20,000 bases of DNA, from the IMG/VR virus record IMGVR_UViG_3300020047_008750, one strand, 5' to 3'. Position numbers and translations under genes: made by a program. Position 1 is the first letter of the stretch; each line of letters opens with the position of its first letter. Positions 9,700-18,060 of the stretch are shown piece by piece. The notes under the pieces are model-generated. The model was not told the DNA's origin. It saw only the letters and a list, made by a program, of their open reading frames with translations, and made no database searches. The DNA comes from an uncultured virus (IMG/VR IMGVR_UViG_3300020047_008750) (taxonomy: Duplodnaviria > Heunggongvirae > Uroviricota > Caudoviricetes).

Positions 9700-11319
9700 A
9701 TGAAAAAGAAATACAAAATCAACGCAGAAGAAATTTCAACAAAGTTTTCTGACGAAAACAATCTTCCGAAAGAAGTTGCAACAAAGATCATAAATGCTCT
9801 CTATGAGAAAGGCAAGGACGCGAAACAATTTGAACGCGTCTTGTGGAAAATGGAAACTTTCATTCGAAAGAATTCTGTTCCTGCTCTTATGAAAGCAATG
9901 ACACCTGAACAGGTCTGACAGCTTGTCGATGAAATGATTGCAGACGATTCACCTTGTGAAGATCAAAACTGCTCTTCACCTGTTTGTTGCGCTGAAAACT
10001 TTCATGTTTGGTGATTCACCGAAATGACAGGTGAACAGTTCGCTGAAAAAACATTCGAAGCAGGTGACACAGTCGAACTTCAGATTGCGCGTGTCGGAAA
10101 ATGGAATCACCCTATGTATTGAGAAATTGAAATCACGAAAGAATCTATTGACGACATGAAAAGCAACTTCGATGACAATTCTCGCTGAATTGAAATCGCT
10201 GTTGATGAAAATCACGAATGAAATCACCGTGCGCTCGGTTGGTTTCGAAAGGTCACAAAGAAAGGCGAAGATGCTCTTTTCGCAACTATCGAACTGACAA
10301 AGAAAGGTGCGGAACTTCTGACAGAGTGAGCATATAAATATTTCAGTCCTGAAATAATTTTCAACAAACATGATGAAGAATCATGAGAAATCATAAAAAA
10401 TTTGTTGATTGGTGGTGCGTTCACAAACCGTCCGTTCTTCAAAGCAATGCAACCCCTGCTTGCGAATGAAGACTTCGCGAGTGAAGCAGCCAACCGTCAC
10501 CAAAAAAATGGCGAATTCTCTGATCCCGATTCAGACAACATTTTATTTTTTAGCACCTCAAAGAGTATGAAAACACTTCTTGAACTTCTCGCACAATTCT
10601 GCGAGTTGTCAACAATCAACAAGGCGCAACTCGAACAACTCGAAGCTGCGTTTTCTGAAGTCAAACCTGACTATGTCACACCCGAAATGACAGCAGCAGT
10701 TGACGAAATCAAAGCAAAATTCACAGAAGAAGCAGCACCTGAAGCAACACCTGTTGCTGAAGATCCTGCGACGCCTGCTGAAGCTGCACCTGTCGATCCT
10801 ACGCCTGCAGAAGATCCTGCACCAACGGACACGACGGATCCTGTTCCTGCTTCTGACACCGTTCCTGCTTCTGACGCTGAACCTTCTGAAAAGAAGATTG
10901 AAGCAAACGAAAAAGGCGAGGTCACTTTGAAATTTGCAGAATATGAGTCTCTCAAAGGACTTGCTTCAGAAGCTTGAAAATTGGTTCGTGAAGCACGAAA
11001 GAACAAAATCGACGCGCAAGTCAGCTGATTCACTTTCAGCGAAACAAACAAAATCGGTGTTGCTCTTCCAAAAAACAAACAAGAAATTGTTGATTTTGCA
11101 ATCTCTCTTTCAGAGAAGCAAGCAGACAAATTCTTGTCAATCGTCAGCAAACTTCAAACAGTTGCTGCAGGTGAAATCGGATCTGCTGAAGCAGGTGACG
11201 CATTCTCTGAAGCTGAAGCAGAACAAGTTTCTTTCTTCACTGAAAAAATGGGAATGACACCAGAACAGGCAACCGAAGCAGTCAAGAACGCGAAAGCAAT
11301 TCTTTCTGCAAAAAAATAG
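9700..11319 (+). CDS. Mu gpI-like prohead protease/scaffold protein, 539 aa
   Basis: LQIARVGKWNHP, VDENH...ALGW, ELTKKGAELL...YKYFSPE, GGAFTNRPFF, followed by an Ala/Glu/Pro-rich scaffold region. Stop TAG. Confidence 0.92.
10567..11319 (+). CDS. Putative nested in-frame scaffold protein (Mu gpZ-like), 250 aa
   Basis: In-frame ATG preceded by an intergenic-style U-rich tract (ATTTTATTTTTTAG) just after the protease domain. Confidence 0.6.
10729..10880 (+). repeat. Low-complexity Pro/Ala/Asp/Glu coding repeats in the scaffold, including GTTCCTGCTTCTGAC x2
   Basis: Encodes EAAPEATPVAEDPATPAEAAPVDPTPAEDPAP...VPASDTVPASD. Confidence 0.7.
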
Positions 11320-11348
11320 TCTCTTTTATTTCTTAGCATAATTTTTTT

Positions 11349-11810
11349 ATGACAGCAAAAACCGCAGATTCAGAGGTCACAAGGAAGGACGGTCAAATGA
11401 TCTCTACACCTATGATCGCAGCTGAAATCATCTATAAAGGCGCGAATGTATTCGCAAAAGCCGCAGGTGACGCATTCAGCAATGACGGGACAACAAACAC
11501 TCTTGCAGTTGGTGATGTATATCTTGGAGTTGCAGTCGAAGGTGTCGACAATTCCGCAGGTGCTGCACAAGCAAAAGATGTTCGAACCTACATTGAAGGT
11601 TCATTCTTGATGACTTTCAGTGACACAATCACGAAAGCAAATCAAGGCGATGATGTCTATGTCAACAATGCTTCTGACGATTCTGTCGTCACAGTCACAA
11701 CTGACACAGGCAATCCGCAAGTGACAATCGGAAAGATTGCACAGTTTGTTTCAGCAAATACTGCTTGGGTAAAACTCACAGGCGCGCTGACAAAAGCAGC
11801 AAACGCGTAA
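11349..11810 (+). CDS. Capsid cement/head decoration protein, 153 aa
   Basis: IYKGA...YLGVAVEGVDNSAG...QGDDVY...IGKI..FVSANTAWV. Lies between the protease and capsid genes. Confidence 0.8.
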   Translation: MTAKTADSEVTRKDGQMISTPMIAAEIIYKGANVFAKAAGDAFSNDGTTNTLAVGDVYLGVAVEGVDNSAGAAQAKDVRTYIEGSFLMTFSDTITKANQGDDVYVNNASDDSVVTVTTDTGNPQVTIGKIAQFVSANTAWVKLTGALTKAANA

Positions 11811-11861
11811 TAGTCTTTTTTCTACACTGCAAAACAACTCTATTTTCTCATTTTCTCTTTT

Positions 11862-12767
11862 ATGCTTACCAGAAAAGACATTTCACGCTTGCTGACAGTT
11901 GGTCTGAAGACTATCTTTCAAGCAGCATATGACGGTGTTGCTGTTCTCTATCCAGAGATCACAACAGAAGTCAAATCGACAAACGCTTCTGAAGACTACG
12001 GTTGGCTCGGTTCAACTCCTTGACTCACAGAGTGGAAGGACGAACGCGCACCGAAGGCACTTCTTCAGCAAGGTTTCAGTCTCACGAATAAAGACTATGA
12101 AGCGTCAATCGCTGTTGATCGCAATGCGATTGATGATGATCAGACAGGAATGGTCAAAAGTCGTGTTCAAGCAATGGCGGTCAAAGCTCGCAAGTCATAT
12201 GATCAGCTTCTCGCGACAGTAATCGAAGCAAACGGTCTGTGTTATGACGGACAAAATTTCTTCGACACTGATCATTCAGAAGGTCTTTCAGGAACACAGG
12301 GCAACTACACTTCAAGTTCAGCTGCTCTTGCTATTGATAAGGTCAAGACAATCATTCAGACAATGCGAGGTTTCAAAGATGATCAAGGTAATATCGCAGG
12401 AATCAATCCTTCGCATATCATGGTCCCTTCAGGTCTCGAATTCACAGCGAAAGAACTTTTTGATCCGATGTATGTTGCAGTCACAACTGATCCTTCAAAG
12501 GCAACTCTGAAAGGTCTCTTGAAAGTGATTGTCAATCAGTATCTCACAAATGCAGGTACTGTTGCGAATTCTGCATATTATGTCATGGACATGACACAAC
12601 CTGTCAAACCTTTCATTTTTCAGAACCGCAAGGAACTTGAATTCGTTGCGCTCGACGATCCTTCAGATCAAGATTTTTTCATGCGAAAAACTCTTTACTA
12701 TGGTGTTGACGCTCGATTCGCATTCGGTTTCGGTGACTGGCGAACAGCGTTCAAAGCACAAGGATAA
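11862..12767 (+). CDS. Major capsid protein, Mu gpT-like, 301 aa
   Basis: YGWLGSTP-G(TGA 12021)-LTEW, NKDYEASIAVDRNAIDDD, CYDGQNFFDTDH, KPFIFQNRK, YGVDAR..FGFGDWR. Confidence 0.96.
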
Positions 12768-12776
12768 TTCCTTTCT

Positions 12777-12833
12777 TTGAAACTCTTCATGACAGACAAG
12801 CTTCAACGCTTGTCTGTCACACAAGTGTTTCAA
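12777..12833 (+). terminator. Long stem-loop after the capsid gene (terminator, processing or stabilising hairpin)
   Basis: Perfect 12-bp core TGACAGACAAGC/GCTTGTCTGTCA (12790-12819) extended by TTGAAAC/GTTTCAA. No immediate U-tract. Confidence 0.6.
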
Positions 12834-12874
12834 TGTCTACACTGCAACACTTTTTATTTTTTCACCTTTATATT

Positions 12875-13384
12875 ATGACAGAAAAAAAATCACTGATCGT
12901 TGCTGCGGTCATGCCGAATCACCCTTCAGGAACTCGACGACGCGCAGGATTCGTCTTCACTACTGAAGCGCTTGTCTATGAAGTGACAGAAGAACAGAGA
13001 AAAGAAATCCTTGCTGATCAGTTCCTTCGAATTGTGACAAAGGGAACCGCACTTGATGACGCAATGCAAGCTTATAAAAAAAAATGCGAAGGTTCTTCAG
13101 ACTCTTCAGACATAGAATCAGCACCTTCTGCAGAAAGTTCAGATAATGCTTCAAATCTCGCGCCTGTTGCGTCAACTGATCCTTCAACTGATGAAGACAA
13201 GGGAAGTGATCCTTCAACCGCACCTGCGTCAACTGAAAGCGAACCTGAAACTGAAAAACCTATTTCACGAATGAACAAAGCAGAATTGATTGCTGAACTC
13301 GAGAAGAAAGGTCTTGTTGCAGGAACAGACTTCGAACCCGAAGCATGAAACAAAAAACTTGCTGCTCTTCTCTCTTCACTATAA
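12875..13384 (+). CDS. Mu-like post-capsid protein (FluMu HI1506-like N-terminus, S/D/E linker, small helical C-terminal domain), 169 aa
   Basis: RRRAGFVFT...V.EEQ...ILADQFL, then ISRMNKAELIAEL. Reads through TGA 13346 to TAA. Confidence 0.75.
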
Positions 13385-13410
13385 ATTCTATTTCATAACA
13401 GCTTCATTGT

Positions 13411-14061
13411 ATGGAAAACCTGAAAGCAATGCTTCAATCTTTAGCAGATTTTTGATTTCAATCAGTTTTCACAGCAATGGTGCTGTTCCTATGATATAAA
13501 TATTTTGACAAGAAATTCTTTTCAAAAAAGTTCGTTGAGAAGACACGACAAATCAATCGTGACCTTGACGAAAAGGAAAATGAAGAGTCAAAGCGAATGA
13601 TCAAGCGTGTTCAGACATATCTGAATTGAAACAGTGAGAAACTTCACAAAATGTGAATTGATCGTGCTTCAGTTTGGATCAATCACAACGGAATGCGCAA
13701 CGGAAAGATTCATTTCATATTTTATTCATTGATTGCTGAATTTTCTGCATACTGACTTTCGAAATTTGCAGACACACCTGTCGGAAGTCAAAAACTTCCC
13801 TATTATATTTTTGCGGAATATGAAGAAATGATTCTTCAGAAAAAATGAACTGTTTTTGTCTCTGATCAAGTCACACTTTCAGAAACAAGCAGAGCGATTG
13901 CACACGATCAATGAACGCAAAGTCTTGTGATTGCGCCTGTCTACAATATGAACTGAAAAATCGAAGGAATGATTTTCTTTTCAAGCGTATTTTCAAAACT
14001 CGAAAAGCAACCTATGGTCGATTATATGGTCAACGATATTCGCGCACTGTTCATTTCATAA
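13411..14061 (+). CDS. Single-TM protein with a C-terminal GAF-like domain, candidate holin, 216 aa
   Basis: TM FGFQSVFTAMVLFLGY. GAF-like GIDRASVWINHNG and GTQSLVIAPVYNMNGKIEGMIFF. Eight in-frame TGA, so it is absent from the ORF track. The ORF is well supported; the function is inferred. Confidence 0.65.
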
Positions 14062-14070
14062 TTTTTTTAT

Positions 14071-14529
14071 ATGGCGTATACAACAGCAACACAGGTCAGG
14101 AATGAAGCATGATTCGAAGGGAACACAAATGTTCTTGAATCTCTTGTCGACAAGATGTTGCTTCAAGCGCACGGTGTTGTTCAAAGTTATGTTTCTGCAG
14201 CATACAATGTCGCAGACTTCACAGGCGCTCTTTTCACAGGTTCACAAGCTGAAGGAATGCTTGCACGCGCTGAAGAATTGATCGGTGCATGATTCTTGCT
14301 GATCAAACAATATTGACTCGAAGGAATCGGAACAGAAGCGGATTGATACAAGAAGAAAGCAGAAGGTGAAAATCTTTTGAAATCTCTTCTTGATCCGAAG
14401 CGTCCTTTGCGTCTTCTCAATGTGAACGGTGTTGAATTCACTCGCGTCAGCGCTTCACCTTCTGGTTGACTCTATGCGTCAGGTGTCGTCGTTGATTGAA
14501 ACAAATTCAGCGTCGATGAAACTTTCTAA
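14071..14529 (+). CDS. Head-tail adaptor, Mu gp36-like, 152 aa
   Basis: MAYTTATQVR...LLQAHGVVQSYVSAAY...LL+SL pattern and gene position. Confidence 0.75.
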
Positions 14530-14540
14530 AAATTGATAAA

Positions 14541-15023
14541 ATGCAAATTCAATTTTCAGTCAATGGTCAAGTTCAGCTTTCACGAAATCTTCGCGTTTTA
14601 GTGACAAAGCTTTCGAATATGTCTGAATTTTATTCGGAAGCAATCGGTCTTGTCGCTGACAAATCTGACAGAATTTTCAGGAATGCAGGAAACAATGTCG
14701 AGAAATCCCCGACATGGAAAACTCTTGCGCCTTCAACACTTCGAGCGCGCGAAAAGCGTTGGTGATATTATAAAAACACACCGAAGAGTCCTTGAACTAT
14801 GCGTTGGACCTGAAATCTTCAGGAAAACAGAACAATCAATGTCACCGACAAGCAGTGATCATTCACCTTCAATGCACCATATGCAACATTTCATCAGGAA
14901 TGATGAAAGCGTCTTCCGAAGCGTGCGATTCTCGATGTCGACAACACGACAGGCGCAGAAATAGTCAGGTCAATGCAGAAGAAAATCAATCGCGACATAT
15001 GAATTTCGTGACTGCAAGCGTAG
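14541..15023 (+). CDS. Virion morphogenesis/tail completion protein (Mu gpG / P2 gpS-like), 160 aa
   Basis: WKTLAPSTLRAR, MRWTGNLQ, PYATFHQE-GG(TGATGA 14901-14906)-KRLPKRAIL. Stop TAG. Confidence 0.88.
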
Positions 15024-15124
15024 AAAGAAAATAATTGTTTTTTGCTCTCTTCTTCATATCATTATTTCAAGCAAACACAGTCAGGTTCCTTCCTCTTGCT
15101 TATTTACTTATTTTTTGAAGGAAA

Positions 15125-15865
15125 ATGAAAAATGTTATTTTAGCAATCAAGGGGCTTCTTGAAGCTTCTGTCGCAGACTCTGAATCACCTCTTTATTGAA
15201 TAAAGAAGGTGTTTTTCGGTGATCCGATGATCATTCCAGAATCAGATCTTCCTGCAATAGCGATTCAACCTGTATCGACAGATTATGTCATGCGCGGTTC
15301 TCGCTACGATCAAAAACAACACACGGTTGAAGTTCGTCTTGTCTATAATCAAAAGCAATATTTCTGACAGAATCTTGCGACAGGCGTTTCAATCACAGCA
15401 GGTTCATTTTCCGTCAATTCAATGAGTTTCACAGCGACAGCACACGGTCTTTCAGTTGGTGACAGCATTGTCATTTCAGGTGTTCTTCCTGAAGCATACA
15501 ATGGAACCTATTTGGTCGCAACTGTTCCTGACGCAAACACCTTCACAGTTTCAAAATCAGTTGATCCTTGAACCTTCGCGACAGGTGGGATCGTACAAAA
15601 AGCAACAAACGACAAAGTTTTCGCAATCGAAGACGCAATCAACAAAGTCGAATCTGTAAATTCTGACCACAGCACAGCAGCATTGTCTGTGTGTGGCAAG
15701 ATCCAAAGCAATTCGTCGCTTCCTTATACAGTGGGGGCTGTCACAAGGAATGCAGCTGAAATTGCGCAAATTCGATCTGTCAGCTACACTTTGAGCGAGA
15801 ACCGTTGATTCCCTTCTTTCGAAGTGGTGACAACCGTTGTCGCGACGGTGATCGGTGACAGATAA
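15125..15865 (+). CDS. Putative tail terminator/neck protein with an inserted FCCH-like beta domain, 246 aa
   Basis: IKKVFFGDP...LPAIAI N-terminus. Insert TAHGLSVGDSIVISGV...YNGTYLV..VPDANTFTV. Positioned before the tail tube. Confidence 0.65.
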
Positions 15866-15890
15866 TCCTTTATTTTTTCACTTTCTCTCT

Positions 15891-16085
15891 ATGAGCAAAA
15901 CAGTCAAACTGAAAAACGATTCAAACGAAAATCTTGCTTTTGCAGGGTTTCCGATGATCGGACCGAATCAGACTTTCGAAGCAACTGAACAAGACGCTGA
16001 AATTCTTTTGCGAAATAGCAATGTCAAACTTGCTGAACCTGCAAAAGAAGAAAAGTCTGAAAGAAAAGTTCGCGGTGTCGAATAA
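15891..16085 (+). CDS. Small hypothetical virion-associated protein, 64 aa
   Basis: ATG after a pyrimidine-rich leader. Stop TAA. Typical small gene before a major tail protein. Confidence 0.75.
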   Translation: MSKTVKLKNDSNENLAFAGFPMIGPNQTFEATEQDAEILLRNSNVKLAEPAKEEKSERKVRGVE

Positions 16086-16112
16086 TTATTCTATTTTTTA
16101 CCTTTCAATTTT

Positions 16113-17348
16113 ATGGCTTCAACACGCCTTTCATATCTCGCAATCAAGCGAGAATCAACCGCAGCACTCGCAGTCAAACCTTCACACTTCCTTCGATTCA
16201 AAGACGGTGATGTGATGTTCAAGCAAGATATCATCGCAAACAACCCGATTCAAAATAATCGTTGGAATGCGTTGAATGCAGTCAAAGGAAAAGCAACAGC
16301 AGAATGAACATACAATGTCGATCTTGACGCGAATGAATGTGTTCACTTTCTCGCGCCTGCTCTCGGTGGTCTTGCGACAACCGATGTTTCTTCAAATACT
16401 GCAGCATATCGTCACGACATAACAGTCGCGAACACTCTTCCGACAGTTTCAATCGAACAAGGAAAAGGCAACCTGACAGACACTTCGAACAACTATCAAA
16501 ATTTCGTTGTTCATCGTGCATATGGTGTCATGATTGATTCATTCACACTTTCAGGATCAGACGGAATCTTGAATCTCGCAGTCAGTGTCAAAGCACACGG
16601 TCTTTTGATGAAAAGAAATCTTGTTTCTGATATCACTTCAGGTTCAACAAAAGTTCTTTCACTTGATTCAGCTGAAGGTTTTGTTTCTGGTGATTCTGTC
16701 TTGACTTATGACGAAACACCGCACAGCGAAGTCGACACTTTGACCGCAATTTCTATTGCGAACAAGACAGTTTCAATCGCAACACTCTCAAATTCATATA
16801 CTGTCGCGAACAAAGCGAAGGTTGAACTTCAACCGCAGTCACCTTCCTATGGAACCGATGCAAAAGTGTTTTCATTCATTCATGCTCGATTTCAGTTCGG
16901 TGCAGATCTCACTGCAGCCGCTTCAGCTTCTCTTGAAAATATTGAAGACTGGGAACTGACATTCATGAACAATCTTGAAGAGCGTCACGGATCACTTCGC
17001 GAGACACCTTCTGTCATAGCACCAAAGGGCGCAAAATGTACTTTCAAATATACAAAATACTTTGAAAATTCAGTTGAGCGTGATCGCTATTTGAACCAGA
17101 CAAAGCGCGCAGGAATCTTGACAATCACAAATGATGAAATCATTTCTGCAGGCGACACCAACAGTTCGAAATATAAGATTGTTGTTCAGATGTCAGATGT
17201 CAGATTCATTTCTGAAGAAATGCCGACAGGAACAGACGAACTGTATGCAATCAGCGTCGAAGCTGAATGCTACTATGACACTTCTGACGGTCAAGCAATT
17301 CAGATCAAGGTCACGAATGCAAAAGCAGGCACAGAATACACAGCGTAA
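16113..17348 (+). CDS. Major tail tube protein with an inserted accessory domain, 411 aa
   Basis: YLAIKRES, E-G(TGA 16305)-TYNVD, YRHDITVANTLPTVSIEQG, AYGVMIDSFTLS, IEDWELTFMNNL. The single TGA joins two track fragments. Confidence 0.88.
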
Positions 17349-17410
17349 TTCACAAAAGGTTTTCGAGCTTTCCTTCATAAAAGCTTCACTTATTTTTTTA
17401 TTTTTACACT

Positions 17411-17809
17411 ATGTCAGGAACAAAGAAAATCGAGTTCAACCTTGATTCGCGTCAGACAAAAACCGTTGAACTTCCTTCATTCCCTTGAAGCGAAGTCATT
17501 GTCTATCCTTCACTTTTGGTCAGTGATCAGAGAGAAATCGAAGGCAAGTTCAAAGGACCTGACAACAAGGTTGATGAATCAAAGATTCAAGATTTCAGTC
17601 TCGCACTTTTGGTCAAGTCAATCAAGTCATGGAACTTCACGAAAGACGGTCAAGATCTCGCAATCACAGCTGAAATTCTTCAAAGCTTTCCTTCGATTGA
17701 TTTTCTTGTTCTCAATGAAGCAATCACAGGCAAGAAATTGACGCACAAGAATGACGCAGGTGACCTTGTTGCAGGTGCAGGTGATGATTCTGACAGTAAA
17801 AAAAAATAA
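17411..17809 (+). CDS. Tail assembly chaperone (gpG-like), 132 aa
   Basis: IKSWNFTKDGQDLAITAEILQSFP motif. Lies between tube and tape measure genes and ends in an A9 run plus TAA. Confidence 0.85.
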
Positions 17810-18051
17810 TCGCAAAGAACAAGGTTTTTGACGCATTGATTCAGTGAAAGGGATTCACAGCGACAAATGAAGATGAAGCAGACGCGGTTGCAAGATACTT
17901 TGATCTGACTCTTGCGAAGGAATACGGTTGGACACAGACGGACATTCTTCACAGGACGACACAAGATTTCTACAATGACGCGGTTCTGAAAATGCAAAAG
18001 GAAGCATTCTTCAATCAAAAGGAAGCAGAAAAAAGGAAAAACAGTAAATAA
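17798..18051 (+). CDS. -1 frameshift extension of the tail chaperone (gpGT-like C-terminus)
   Basis: A9 slippery run at 17798-17806. The -1 frame is open to TAA 18049-18051, contains LAKEYGWTQTDIL, and has no early ATG of its own. Confidence 0.8.
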
Positions 18052-18060
18052 TTTTCTATT

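Noticed and set aside
15086..15123. TTCCTTC/GAAGGAA pairing that sequesters an SD-like site before 15125
   Set aside because: Only 7 bp with a long loop, and the genome otherwise does not appear to use SD sites, so this may be chance.
17365..17400. Terminator after the tail tube gene (GAGCTTT/AAAGCTT)
   Set aside because: The stem is short and AT-rich and the T-tract is offset and doubles as the next gene's leader. Too weak to call.
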